Source of the DNA: the human T2T-CHM13v2.0 reference genome, Homo sapiens
Assembly: GCF_009914755.1 (NCBI RefSeq)
Contig: NC_060943.1
DNA: 64,000 nt
Reading direction: 5' to 3' (one strand)
Shown here: piece after piece, positions 19,871-35,879 of the stretch
Numbering within the stretch: position 1 is the first letter of the stretch
How the letters are laid out: the number at the start of each line of letters is the position of its first letter
The notes under the pieces: generated by a model
Seen by the model: the letters and a program-made list of their open reading frames with translations, nothing else
What the model was told of the DNA's origin: nothing
The model's database searches: none
Position numbers and translations under genes: made by a program

Positions 19871-22800
19871 AATTCTGTAGAATGTACACTGTGTAGAAAT
19901 CTTTTCACCCCACTCTTCAGAGTTGCAGATTATCTTTGAAAAACAACAGGCTCTGGCCCTGCCAGCCCTAGTAACTTCTACCCGCCTGAGTCACTCTGAA
20001 AAGTAAGCCCCTAGGCCAGTGAGATGTCCCCACCTTTGGGAGGTGCCGCCTTTCCGGGAACATTAAAAAAAAAACCCTAAAAATAGAAGGAGGAAAAATG
20101 AGCAAAGGCGGTGGGACGACTCACCGAAACACCGAGGTGCAAATGTCCATTGGAGAAACTGGCAGTCGCATGGCAGCCAGCTGGCTCACCCAATAGCTGG
20201 GTGGTAACCTTGTGATCCCCAAACACCCCCCAGGGCCATGAAGGCAGTGCTGACCCCCACGATTGCACCTCAGGCCCGGTGGAATCCCGCTCCTCCTCCA
20301 TAGTGGTGCTATGTAATCAGTAGAAAATCAGTAGAAAAGCTCCCAAATGAAGCTGCTTCAGGTCAGGGGTTAGAAATCTGCCTCAGACTTTTTGAACTCA
20401 AGGAAATCGGGACATCTGTCCCCAGAGCTACCTGTGCCCCACCCCAGGATCATTCATGACCTTAGCTACCGGGAGCTCTGCCCGGATAAGTTTTTAAAAG
20501 AGAGAGAGAAAGAAAAAAGTCACATGCAGGCAAGGCTAGGAACAGGTGTGTGCTGTGGGGACGGGCACTTGGCTCGCAACACACCACACAAAGTCACGAA
20601 GTCTGTGCCAGAAAGGAGTAGCCAAACCACCGCCGGGAGGCAGCCGAGGTTGTGTTTAAGGTGGCGATTGAGGGCAGTAGGTGACAACTCGACCCAAAGA
20701 AGGCCAAGTCTTTTCCTTATCTGGGGTGGCCACTGAGGGAAAAGACTTAAGGGAAAGAAGTTGTCTTCAAAGCTACCATTACAAGATGAGGAGCTAGAGT
20801 GGGCTCAGGTCCCAGGCACCCAGGGCTTAAGCCTTGATGTTGGAGAGGTTCTCGGAGGGAGGCTTGGGCCACCTGGAGGGACTGGGCACTCTGAGTAGTA
20901 CCCTCTGGGAGGCTGTACCCCCTTTCAAAGTGTGAGGGCATTTGCCCAAGGTGTAGGCTTTTAGGGAGCCCAGGGCTGGGCAGCACCAGGGGAGAGAGGC
21001 ACCAGGTGGGTGCCCTCCTGCCTGCACTCACCTGGAATGCTGGCATATGGGTTTTTCGCCTTCCTCACGCCTCCCCACACCACATTCTGGGCTAGGCAGT
21101 GTCGAGGAGGTGCCTTGGGTTCAGGGAAGCTTGCCACCTGCACACCTGAACCAGGAATTGGGCCCCGGAATCTCAGCCCCTGCCCAAGCAGGAAGGATAG
21201 GGACCCTGGCCCTCGCCAGGTGGTAAATTGTTTGCTAAAAGTGCATTTACACGGCGGCGAAGTTTGTTTCTCTTTTACCGGTAGCTTTGTTTTAACGAAC
21301 CAGATGTTTTGTCTGTAAATTCTCCCAAGAACTTTTCCAGTTTTGACGTGAAATAAACCTTCGAAAATCAGAAGAGTATATTAATACCACTTCTGTGGGG
21401 CCTCAGGAGAGCTGAGTCAGGTGTGCCTGGATGGGAGCTGGGGGTGGGAGTACAATCTTTGGAGAGAAGTAGGGGGCTTCTCTTGGCCCAAGGTCAAGAA
21501 TTGGTTTGGGGGAGGTGAAGTGCCTCCCCGACTCCCAAAACAGGCGCACACACACGCATTGTCACACCAGAGTACGCACTCCCAGCCCTCCTCCAACCAG
21601 GCATAGCTTGCTACTTCGTAAATTTCTTGTGGCTTGGGGCACAGAGATGTAGCTCAACTTTGCAGACTGTGTCCACTGCATGCCGCTGCCGTTTTCCACG
21701 AGGACCGCCTGACTGAAAGGCAAAGGGGCCTTCGATCTTCTTCCCGGGGCAGCTTTGATGCCTGAGTGTGCGGGGCCGGGGCCGGGGCCAGGGCAGAGCA
21801 GGGTGGAAGCTGGTGCCCCTGTCTGGCCCACCCTTAACTCCTGGGCACCACTCGATTCGGGAGAACTTGGGGTGGAAGCCGACCTGGTCTAGGAAGCCAC
21901 AGCCTGCAGGTCCCCCTCTCCAATGCCTCATTTTTTCCGATTTAGGATTTCCAGGCAGTTATAAACACCTTAAAAAAAAAGACCCACTTAACAATACACC
22001 TAAAAGAGGGAGGGAAGGAAGGAAGGAGTACGGTTATCACAGGCGTGTGGGGAGAGGGAAACCAGGTCTGCCTAGAAACCCACCTTCTGGTCCTGTGAGT
22101 CATAGCGGCCACTTTCTCGGGTTTCCCAAGACAGGAGATGGCAATTTTCTGCTCCCTCCCCTCTCCCCAAGCTTTCCAGTGCTCTGAGTCTCACATCTTC
22201 AGATACCTCTTTCTTCCTTCATTCTCTTTCGTTCAATCATCTACGGAACTTTCAAAAACTTTTTTTTTAGGAGAGCGAAGATTAAATAAAGAAAATAAAA
22301 CGTCTTTGTATTTCAGTCTAAGGAGGACAGATGCACATTAAACTCAGTTTGGAGCGCTTAACTCCAGGCGAAATGCCCTTTTATCAAATCCCACGCGTCG
22401 ACTTGGGTTGCGCTGGGAATTTCACGAATTCCTCGCTGCAGCGTGGCGTGGTTTACCCCCACCCCCACCGCCACCCCACTTTGGGTGAAATGGATTTTTG
22501 GAAACCATTTAAGCAGAGCTAAAAATAAGGGTGGGGGGATCCCTACACTAGAGATAGCTGCAGCCACCTAGGGGCTCACCCCTGGTCGGGAGCGAGCAGC
22601 TATTTGCTAGTTGTAGCTCAGGGGTGCCCAACTCTTCCCGTGTGGTTGCGCCAGCTGCCCCGCACTGCAGGTATCTGAATCATTACGTGGGCAACCTGAT
22701 GCGGCTCTGAACCCCAGCTCTTTGAATGCTGGAATCCTGAAGGAGGAGGATTCCACCAGGTCTTAGCCGACCAGATAGCCCAGCTTTCTGAGGCTGGTGA

Positions 22801-23519
22801 CCTCATTAACTGGCCAGGGAATTTGCAAGACCAGGAATAATCACGTTTCCCAGTTCTTCTTTCCTACATTGCTTTTCTCCTCTGTCTTCAACGTTAGGGT
22901 TTTGTGTTTGTCCCTAAATTTACAATTTACAAACGGGGAAGACGGAGCCTAAGTTTCTGCAGGGCAGGTACAAAAGAGAGGGACAACACTCTGGGGGCCT
23001 CATTCTTTCACGTTTTTGTTTCTTGAAATTTGATGGATATCACCTTAGTTCGGCAATAGGAGGGCCAGGGTGACTGGGGACATGGTGGCCCGAAGGGTTA
23101 GATAATATAGCATGCAGGTAGTCTCTGATCTCCAGGGCTTTGATAACACCAAGATTTTCCTCCTTTGCAGAGCAGTCCTAAATTCTGCCTTCTCCCTTTT
23201 CTGCCGCCTCTTCTCTTTTCCCCATTTCTTTCTTCGTTTCTTTTTCTGTTTTCTTTTTGTGTGCCTCTCTTCCAACAGTCCCTCCTCCACCTTTATAAGA
23301 CTTCTCAAAGGTTATTTATTTAAGGTCTACCAAGTGCTAGCCCCAAACAGGTCCAGTCCTTCTACCTGTGGCAAGACGGAGGCTGTTACCGCGTGCAAAT
23401 AGTGAGGGAACAAAGTAGTTTGGAGTTTTTTGCAGCTTTTTTAGGTGAGGGGAAGGGAGGGAGGTCAGAAATAGGTTGACACTTGGTTTGAAATAAAAGA
23501 GCATGTTAAGAAGTTTCGA

Positions 23520-24020
23520 AGCTGCCAATAAAACCCTTTAAGTGGCTTGTGATTCAGTGCCTGGAGTTGCGGGGATGGCATTGGTAAATGACTCTAATGC
23601 CCAAAGAAAAATATTACAAATGCCGCTGTCTCGGCCACCAATCGGGCGCCGCTTTCCTGCGCGGGCGATGGCTCCTCTCTGGCGCGGAGGGCACCCACAT
23701 TTGCATGATAAATTGACCAGACTGGCGGCAGCCAATGAAATATTCAAATTAGGCTGGGTGGCGGTAGTAGGGGTGGAGTCCCTGGGGCTGCCCCTTGGCG
23801 CGGCGGCGGGAGCGGGCGCTACCACCTCTCCGTCAGCGCCCTCTGGAGGCGGGACAGCGCGGGCGGCCGCTCTGGCCCAAAAGACGAGATGGGGGGTTGG
23901 GGGTTTGGGATGCAAGGGGGTTTGGGAGGGGTGATGGTGGGGTCTGGGTGGTGCTTCGCGGCCCCAGGAGGCTTTCCGGCTGGCCTCGTTGACTAGGCGT
24001 ACAGCAGCGTCTCCGCATGC
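23520..24020. promoter_or_regulatory. Upstream CpG island with four CCAAT boxes, an octamer and a CTCF-like motif
   Basis: CCAAT/ATTGG at 23525, 23580, 23638 and 23732; ATTTGCAT at 23699-23706; GCGCCCTCTGGAGG at 23836-23849; CpG-dense. Confidence 0.65.
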
Positions 24021-26085
24021 CTCTTGCCCTTAAAAGTGTTGATGGATTGCAGAAGTGGATGGTGACCCCAAGGAGGGGTTTCAGAAAGGCTCCAGCCTCC
24101 TTCGCCCAACCACCTTCTCTAGGTTCCCCTAACAAACCCATCACTTAAGTTAAAAACGTGTATTTGCTCTTGTTGACTTAGCTTTAAGACAAGATTCTTG
24201 CCCACCGCAGACCACATGGCCAGCTTTCCCAAAGGCCCTCTGATAATGAAATGGTGGAGCAGATATATCAAACTTTCCATCTTGCCCTGAGCCAACGACC
24301 CTGCACCCTCACAGGCCAGGGCACTCTGGAGGGCACCCTGCCTGGAGCCCCAAACCTTGGGTAAGCTGTGGGAGCCTAGGCAGGGGCAGGCAGTGCCTGG
24401 AGGCTGGCTTCAGACGGCAGAACTTCTCACCTGGGAAAATGCTTTCTGGAAGAAGCACCCAGGCCTCAAGGCAGCTCCAGTGAGGGGGCAAAAAGGGATA
24501 TACATAAGGCATAAGGCGCTGGCCATGGTTAGGTAGGTGCTCAGCCAGGAAGATAGGGCAGATTCACATGGGGGAGATTGGCTCGGTGATGAGACCACTT
24601 CTGACTCCACCAGAACCAGGCCCAGCTCTTCCTGGAGGTCCTGACTCAACGGGGACTTTTGCATGGGAGCCAAAGAACAGTGGATGTCTCTTGTCCGCTG
24701 ATCATCTCTTCCCTTCCCCCACCCCATATTCCATCCCATGCCAGATCCCTAGGCTGTGCCTGTTAGAGCTACTGTAGCACCACATGGACTTGCCTTTAAA
24801 GCAGAATTTTTAGAAGTGCAGTTGCTTTTCTTTACTCTGCTGTGGGATGCTGAACACCTTGTTCTTTCTCCAGCTCAGCAGGGCTTGGAGTTGGTTCCTA
24901 GCTATCTCTGGGAATGCTCGATCCCCATCTCTGTTACCAGCCAAAAGGGTCTGCGGGAGGTGGTCGGCACTCCAGTCAGCAGCCCTCTCAGTACCTCTTC
25001 CCCAGACATAGTCAAAGCAAGTCATTCATCTGCAGCCAGTCTCCCCTGCCCATTCACCAAGGAGAACCTGGGGATAGGACCACTCAGAGCCTGGCCCAGG
25101 CTGGCTCACTAACTGTGTGTAAATACACACAGCGGAAAGAGTAGGTGCTGAACACACATGTGTGAGAGAGTGAATTTTTACTCTCAATCACCTTATATAT
25201 ATTATCAATAGTTTCAAAGTATGTTGCCCAAAGGATGTTAATTCCTAAGAAGGCTTTTATATCGTTTGGAGTTTTGAGGAGTGTGTTGGCTGAAGAGAAG
25301 AGGGTCTGGCCCCAGTCTTGATGGGAATGCATGGGGTAAACAGCTGGTGGCAGAGGTACAAAAGGGGCCTCTCTACTTTCTAAGAGAATCTTCCATCCTG
25401 GCTGGTTTTAGGACCTGGGGTGGGGTTCCCATCAGGAGGAGGCCTAAGGAAGGAGTAGGACCCTTCCTAGATGGCTGAGTCAACTTATACGACAGGGCAG
25501 GGAAACCTATCTTGGAAACCCGGGAGCCCTCCTTCCTCCTCCCCATCCTCAGGCCTCACCTGAGACTTGAAAATGGACCAGAGTCTTCCTCCAACAGTGA
25601 AATTCGTTAAAGAGTCACTCCTGTCTAGAATGTGCAGAAATGCAAGCCTCTCTCTTTCTCTCTCTCTCTCTTTCTCCACCTTGAGGATGCTGTATCTAGA
25701 GCCCATATAGGGACAAGAAGGTAGGCAGTGAAAGCAGGAAAGAAGTAGAAGGCTGGCTGTCATCCAGCTGTGCATACAGTCCTATCTCAGCTGAACTGTG
25801 CACGGTGAATGAGGAAGTAAATGACAGGTGAAGGACCAAGAGAGTGAAGCTAGTCAGTTTATCTGAGGAGATAGGTATCAGTGAGTAACTGTAAGGATCA
25901 CACCCACAGTGGGTGTGCCCCGCAGATGGATATATGTGCAGCAAGCGGTACCTTGCGGGGGAATGCAAGCTCCAACTGTGGTGATGAGCCTCTGGCCCAT
26001 AAGTAACCCAGTGAGCCTGAGCAGGTCACTCCCTCTCTTTGAACCTTGTCTCCATCTCTAAAACAGGACAGCTTTCTCCATCTTA

Positions 26086-26480
<395 letters not shown>

Positions 26481-28284
26481 CTACATTCTGGAAGCTTTCA
26501 GAGTCAGACCAGAGTTTGAAAGAGGCATTGTGTCACTAGCCGTGTGCCCGTGGGCAAGTCACAGTAGAGTCTACTTCCCACGGCACTTGTGAGACTCATC
26601 TGGGATTATGTGTGTCCATGCCTTGGCAGAGAGCTTGGTGAAGAATGTTAGTTGTCCAATAAATGGTACCCCATTAAGTTGGTGTGCAGGGTGGCCACAG
26701 GGCCAGACCACCCTGAAAATAAAGGCTTATATTTGGGCTGAGCCTGGATGCACCTGAGATTACAAGCAGGTGCTTAGAATGTGGTGAAAAAGAAAGACAG
26801 GAGAGAATGGCTGAAGGCAGCATGCAGTCCACCTGACTTTCTGGGAAGATTGGGCATTTGCAGGGCTGATAAGTCAGGTTCTTCCGGGCCTTTCTGTGAG
26901 CTCATTAGAGGAAGGGGTCTGGTGACTGATATTTCTATTTTCCCTGTTAGTAGCGACTGGAATTTGCACCATCCAGGTCAGATGGAAAATAGAAGGCGGG
27001 AAAATCTGACAGTCTCATTGATTTGCTCTCTTTGCCATCACCACTCTTGAGAGGAAGAAATGTGACTTCAAACTTGCAATTAGGAACCAGCCTGCTAAGG
27101 AGTCCTCTCGTGAGCTCCTGTGCTATGCGGAGCACAGGCCCATCTCATCTCATTTCCTAAGGAGGTAGGTTCATTCATGGTTTCAGCAGGAGCAGGCAGT
27201 GCAAACGTGTGACACCCGCCCGCAAATAACTGCCAGAAAGGCCGTCCAATGCTTCCTTCACATTTTTGGTCAGATCTCTGAAAAGATGGCCATTCTCCCA
27301 ATGTTTTAAAAGTATTAACTTCCTTTCAAACATCCTTTAACCTTTAATGTTTTGTAACTTGATGAAAAGGTCATTTTGTGCTGAGGATGCAGTTGTTCCG
27401 GAATTGTTCAGCTAACGGGGTGAATTCCAACCAAATCCAGAATTATTTAATGGGATCCAACGCCCCGGCCACACGCACAATAAGTGAATATTTTCCCATA
27501 TATGTCTGTGTACAGGTACATGTACTTGTGCATATGTATTTACATATTTGTATCTATGCATGCACATATACTCATTGGGACTTGGATTCAATGGACATTT
27601 TTAGCCTTCTCACAAAATGACTTATCCTTTGCAGGAAAATAGATATTAAACTTACTCTTTTGAACACATTTTGCTAAATATTTGATGGCAATTATTTATG
27701 GTGCACTGTACTTATTCCTGATTTCTTACAGAAGGGGTTGGGTCAATTTCTAATTCAACATTTCATTGCTGTCTCTACAATAAATGCCTCCAGAAGCTTA
27801 GGAGAATTGAGAGGTTTTTTTCCTCTCTCTTCTTTCACAGTGTGAGCTTTTTAACTGTCACTGGCTAGAGCAGTCCTTCTTCACTTTTACCTTCCTTAGC
27901 TGATGTATTCTTGGAAACAGATGGCTGAGCATGTTAGATTTATATTTAAAATAAGAGTAGAGTTAATAGGCTCAAATAAGAGCAGGAAGGTATTTTCTAC
28001 AAGGAAACTGCATGAAGTTTATGCCTGGACTCTGGAAGATGTGTTAATACTTTTACTTATTCAAGAGGCATTGGGTTGTGGTCTGCTATGTTTCTTGCTC
28101 TGATGACTGAGTTTTTAAGATAAAGGCTCTCCGGGCAAATAAGGAACAGTTGGATAGAGTAGCTCACCTTAAGTCTCTATAGACTCATGTAGAGAACAAA
28201 TCTGATCTAAACTGTGTAAAAAAATGAGTAAGAGAACTCTATAAGATTAACACTCTTATTAAACTTAAAAGAGAAAATTGGTAC

Positions 28285-28563
28285 TTTTTTTTTTTTTCTT
28301 AGACAGAGACTTGCTCTGCTGCTCAGGGTGAAGCACAGTGGCACAATGTCGGCTCACTGCACTCACCTCTGCCTCCTGGGTTCAAGCGTTTCTTCTGCCT
28401 CAGCTTCCCGAATAGCTGGGATTGCAGGCATGCACCACCACACCCAGCTAATTTTTGTACTTTTAGTACAGACAGGGTTTCAACAGGTTGGCCAGGATGG
28501 TCTCGAACTCCTAACTTCAAGTGATCCACCTGCCTCAGCTTCCCAAAGTTCTGGGATTACAGG
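28285..28563 (-). mobile_element. Alu (AluS-like)
   Basis: Poly-T followed by antisense Alu; flanking direct repeats aaaattggtactttt / aaaattggcactttt. Confidence 0.92.
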
Positions 28564-29039
28564 GCACCAAAAATTGGCACTTTTAAAAGGAGACAAGTTT
28601 TACTTAAAAGCAAAAGCCTTTAACAGGCCTTTGGCTGGATTAAATGATAATGAAGCGAAGCAAAGCTTGTGACCACTCTGTAGAGCCATCCAGATAGTCT
28701 CTCTTTGGGGCCAGATCCTCTAGAATGCATGATTTAGGGTCATTCATTGCACATTCCTGGCTTCAGACTGGTTTTCTGAATTTCCCTGCAATCTGATTTT
28801 TGTCTTCCTACATTTCTGTGTGTGAGATACATCAAAAGGTAAAAGAATGTGTGAATCATATAGGTACGGTTTAAATAATACCTGCATACACAACACTCAG
28901 TCACCTGAAACCTCCCCCGACACCTCCCAATTCCAGTCCCCTCTCCTGGAGGCCACCTCTATTTTTAATTTTTGTAATGATCACTTCCTTGCCTTACTTT
29001 GTAGTTTTAATATTTAGATGTGTATACCTGGTCATGTTC

Positions 29040-29590
29040 ATAAATGAAATCATGTTGTATGAATTATTTTGTGTCTTGTTTCTCTTACTCAGCATTGTTT
29101 TTCGGACTTAACCATGTGGATTTGTGTTGCTGGTTCATGGTCAAGGTTCTAGACTATGAAAACATTAGTTTCATGAAAACATTAGGATTTTTTCCCCCCA
29201 ATTGTTTGGATATCATGAAGAATGCCGCTGCGAACATGTTTGTTCCTATGCCATAACTCACATGGGGAATATCTCCTATTTATATATAGTTAGGGGTGGG
29301 ATTGCTTGGTCAGAGTTTGCATATCTGCAGCTCTAACTGTTTTCCAAGATGATTGTGTCAATTTTCACTCCCACAAGCAGTTTTTAAAGTTCCCATTGTT
29401 CTACATCCTTGCCAGCCTATGATATTGTTAGCAATGTTTCTTCGTATTTGTAATGTTTCCTAATCTAGCGGCTGTGGTTGCTGTCTCACTGTGTTTAATT
29501 TGCATTTCCATGATTACTAATGAGTTTGAGCACCTTTTTTATATCTGCGTGGTGATCGGGAATGCCTTATTTGTGAGATGCCTGTTCAAG
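29040..29590 (-). mobile_element. Old L1 (L1M-type) fragment
   Basis: Antisense L1 3'-region hallmarks: ttcccattgttctacatccttgccagc and tttaatttgcatttccatgattactaatgag. Confidence 0.7.
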
Positions 29591-30288
29591 TCCTGCCATT
29601 ATCCGTTGCATATATGTTTCACATTATTTCACCCAAGTTCTCTGTTGCCCAGGTTTGTTTCAGATTGGTTTGGGACAGTGGATTAGATCAGAAATGTTTC
29701 AGTGACATCTCTCACTATATTTCCTAGGATGCTTTTATCTGTGAGAAATACGACCCCCTGCTCACACTGGCTTAAGGAAATTGGCAAGAGGTAGATTATG
29801 GCTCCATTATATTAACAGGAAGCCAGTTTGCTCTGCCTTCTTACTCTTCGCTTCGTTTTCGGCATAATCTCATCCTCAAGGTGTTTTATCTTATGATTTC
29901 AAGAGGACCACAAATGGCGAGTGGAACTAATTGCTTCTTTGTCCACATTCCACAAGGAAGAGAATAATAGAAAACTTTTCATTGACCCATGTAATCTAAG
30001 TCATACCCTTCAGTTTCCAGGGGCCACGTCCATGAAGCAGGAGGCATCTGCAGTGAATGCCATGCCCTGACGCCTTACTGAGCACTCCTAGTAGGACAAA
30101 ATGAGTACTGTATGGGGAGAAGGCAACCTCAAACAACCACCATGCTTACTGCCAAGCCTATAGGATATTTTTAAATTCATTTTTTAATTTGCATATAATA
30201 AAATGCATTTTTTTGGGATGCAGTTTTCTGAGTTTTGCCAAATGCACAAAATCACATAACTACCACTGCCATCAAGATTTGGAACAGT

Positions 30289-31490
<1,202 letters not shown>

Positions 31491-32999
31491 GTAAGAGGCA
31501 TTAGTGAATATGAAAGTGCTTTGTAAAGACTAAGGGTGTCTCACAGTGTGCCCAGGCGGGAGGATTCAGAGGGGGCATTTCTAAACTCTAAACTCCTGTG
31601 GGCTCCTAGCCCATCCTTCTGAATGGGGACAGAATACTTCCATTTCCAGGTTACTTGCTTCTCCAAAAGGGAGACAGGGAAGTATCCTTCTCTTTTTGCA
31701 AATGAGGGCACAGCACTGCCTCTCGTGGTTGAGCCAGTCATTATTCAGTAGGAACAGCAGTGAGATTCTCCAGCCTTCTATTTTATTCCTGGGGTCACAG
31801 AGTAAAATGCAGCGTGATCATTTGGAGCATTCTTATGCTTTGTGACAAGAACAAAGCCAGTGGAAACAGCCATGTGTCCAATCAGAATGTCAGAGCTGGC
31901 AGGGACCTTAGCAATTGTCACTTTACAGATGATAACCTATTACATCCCCAGGTCCCCAGAATCCCAGCCCAGGACTCACTCCCTCAGCCTTCCTGGATTG
32001 TCCTGGGTGGAACAAGATCAGCTCATTTAGCACATAGTCTTCCAGAACACAAGGCAGTGTCCCACCAAGGTTGGATGGGACCAGCTTCTCTATCCACAGT
32101 AGCTGTGCACACAGAGACAGAAATGAAGCCGTACTGCCGGGTGCACCGTGGCCAGAGATCCTCCTTCCTGGTATATACTCCCGGAGCCATTGCTTCTTTC
32201 ATTTCAGTGCCCATTTCTGAGGCACCTTCACATTTCAAACGTCCTGAGAATATGTTTAATTAGAACTTGGCCATACAGCCTTTTAAAACAAAACAGAAGG
32301 GACCAGCTAATTATATCACTCAGCATTCTGTGGCAAACATATATTTTTTAATAAAACACTTTCCTAACCAGAGTAATCCCTGGAGATGCAAATCCTCATT
32401 TATAAGAAGTTTCCCAAAGGGAGTTAAAGAGAAGATGCCTTATAAAGAAAAGAGACAAAGAGAGTGGGGAAGTGTTTTCAAAGAGCTTTTAAAAGATACA
32501 CTCATTCTGAGGTTGAATTACAGATATTTTAAGGGTACCAAATTTTATTTCAGATGTAATCCTTTCCTGTGTTTTTGATCATGTATTTCCGTTTTTTCCC
32601 TTTTTGATCATTGCCACAAATGCCCATATTTCTCTTTCTGGTGTCTTTCATAAGTGCAATATTTAAATAAACAAGGGATTTTCCCAAAATGCACCTCATC
32701 TCCTACTCTTTGTCATTTCCTTGTCTTGCTCTGTAAATAACCGTGTGTCTCACAGCAGAGCTTACACAGAATGGATGTGGGGCAGTCTGTGGTCCTGGGG
32801 AGGGCCTTCCCTGTAATCTCTGCAGCCCAGGACAGGGAGAGGGAAGATTTAGATCCTGCTGCGGCATGTCTTCAGGAGTGGAGGTCAGCTTGGGACATTT
32901 ACGTTCATGAGGCAGCCGCAGAGGGTCAGAGCAATAATTGTGCCAGCTGATGTTTGCTGCGGGGTTTACTCCAAGCCAGGCCACACGCTAAGAAATTAG

Positions 33000-33170
33000 G
33001 TATCGTACCTCATTTAATCCTCACAATCCTCACAAAATGTAGTTGTTTTGCTCCATTTTGCAGATGAAGAAGACGAGGCTTGAGAGACGAAGGAATGAAT
33101 GAAGGGTCTCACAGCTGTTAGAAGGGTTAGATCTTGTATTTGGACTCAGGTCTGCCTGCCCTGGAACTTG
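33000..33170 (-). mobile_element. MIR fragment
   Basis: ctcatttaatcctcacaa...ccattttgcagatgaagaagacgaggct (MIR core). Confidence 0.7.
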
Positions 33171-34384
33171 ACTCTCCCACACCTGGTGCTGGGCACACTA
33201 GGAGACGTCACGAGGCTCAGAGATGCCACCCTTCCTAGAACGGGCGCCGTGCCTCTCTTCTCCACACACTGCAGGGGGGACAGGCACTGTGTTTTCAGAT
33301 AAGTTCCATGTGCATCAGGGGCTCGGTGGGAAAGGGAGGACACACTCAGATTAGGATTATTCATGGAGGATTCTCCAAAGAGGCTATTTGGAAAGACGGA
33401 GGGAATGGTGAAGGAAAGCACAAGAGAAAATGGACAGAACCATTACTTCCTCACGCCTGAAGGGGATGGGTTACTGGAAGCCAGGAGGAGAGTGTGATAA
33501 GAGCCACTTTTAGAGGAGCTTTCACCTTCAGGAGAAAGTCAGGGCCCAAGAAGACCCACAGGGAGGTGACCAGGGAATGGCATACTTGGACTACCCTCTC
33601 TTCTGTTCCTCCACTCTCCTGCCAGGGCTCCACATTGGATAAACCCCTGCAGGGGCGAGTGAAACTGCCACCCAGGTTTGCCTCCCAGGGCACAGCCCAT
33701 GGAGAGCTCTAAGGCAAGTGGCAGAAAACTAGCACAGGTGCAGTGCGTCTTGCAAAGCACCCAGCCTATGCCGGCCCTGGGCTAGAAATGGGAAGAGAGG
33801 AGACCATGGCACTGCCCTCAAAGATCTTAGAGTCTGTGGAGGAGTCAGGCAGAGAGAGGGGGTGTTCCCTTGGCAAAGGACTCCATGAGCAGATGCAGGC
33901 CATGGGCGACGCTCCTGCAGAAGCTTTGGGGTTTGCCGCATGTGCCTGGAAGGAGCGCGCCCACCTTGACGTGCCTCGCCTCCTGTTGCCATTGACAACG
34001 TGAAGGCAAACTCCTGGGGCTGGACCTTTTTCCTTGAGATAAAATATGTATAATTCTCTGTTATCAAATGATTATTAAACAAAATCTAATTGAAAAAATA
34101 GAAAGAAGAAAAGATAAGTCATTTATCATCCTGTTCTCCAAAGACAACTGTGAACAGCTTGGTGGAACTCCTTCCAGTGGCTTTCCTTGGAGCTTTGCCT
34201 CTGTGGATGTGGTAAGAGTCGGATGCGATTTTGAATTTTGAGATTTTGATTGAGCATTGTTGTAGTATTTTGCCATGTTATGATAAATCATTGGCAAACA
34301 TAGTTTTTGACGGCTGCATAATATTCTGCATAATATTCATAATAATGAATGCTAGTATAGTTCATATTATAATTCTTCTACTGT

Positions 34385-34703
<319 letters not shown>

Positions 34704-34959
34704 TAAATGTTTAGGTTATATCCTGTTTCATTAATATTAAAGAATGCTATAATTAAAAACTTTGTGTATAGAGAATTTTTCCATGTTTCAGATTATTTAT
34801 CCAGGATGATGTCTCTAAAATAAAGCTACTAGAGGTTGAAGTATCTAGCCCAGGGCCAGCCACAGAATAGACACAACTTGGTTGATAACTATTGTTGTTC
34901 AGTGGTGAGTGTTTATGTAAAGCTCTTCTGCAATTAAGAACTGCTCCAAAGACCTTCCT

Positions 34960-35613
34960 CTAGAACAGCGCTTGAATATGATGTGAGCCACGTAATTCTC
35001 AATGTTATAATAACCACATTTCAAAAAGCAGACACAGTTGAAATTAATTTTAATAATACCTTTTACTGGAGCTGGGCATGGTGTCAGGCCTGTAATCCCA
35101 GCACTTTGGGAGGCCGAGTTGGGCAGATCACATGAGCCCAGGAGTTTGAGACCAGGCTGAGCAACATGGCAAAACCTCATCTCTACAGACAAATACAAAA
35201 ATTAGCCAAATAGGTGGTGTGTGGCTGTAGTCCCAGCTACTCGGGAGGCTGAGGTGAGAGGATCACTTGAGCCTGGGGGGTTAAGGCTGCAGTGAGCCAA
35301 GATTGCACCAGCGTACCCCAACCTGGGTGACAAAGTAAGACCCTGTCTCAAAAAAAAACATTAATTAATTAAAACAAACATAAAAATACATTTTACTTAA
35401 CCGATTATATCTAAAATATTATTTCAACATATGATTATATGTAATCAACATAAAATTTATCAATGAGATAGTCTACATTTTTTTCCCATGTAAACCTTTG
35501 AAATCTGATGTATAGATTTTATGCTTACAACACAGCTCCATTCAAACCAGCCTCATTCCCAGTGTTCAGTAGCCACGTGGGTGCCTGATAGCCACTGTGG
35601 ACAGTGCAGGTCT
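34960..35613. mobile_element. MER33-like hAT-Charlie DNA transposon, interrupted by an Alu
   Basis: ctagaacagcgc...gagccac...gaaattaattttaataata [Alu] ...cagtagccacgtgg...ggacagtgcaggtctag, matching my recollection of the MER33 consensus. Confidence 0.75.
35068..35358 (+). mobile_element. Alu (AluJ-like) nested in MER33
   Basis: Full dimer with A tail. Confidence 0.92.
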
Positions 35614-35879
35614 AGGGCAAGGAACCCACCAGAGATATTTGCCACTGTTGGCATCTTCACCTAGCCCTGAAATCCAGCCACCTTTTAATGCCTCCCTGAA
35701 CCCCCTTACTGGCGTTCTGGACTGAGGGTGGACCGGGTGGCCAGGTGTGACATGACTTCTGTACCTGGACATTTTTACCAGTCGTCCTCATTCCTGCCTT
35801 GACCTTGACCTTAGCCAATCACAGCATCCCTCTATCCCAGTGTGCCTGGCACTGGTTCATTCAGAGACATTGCACACTT

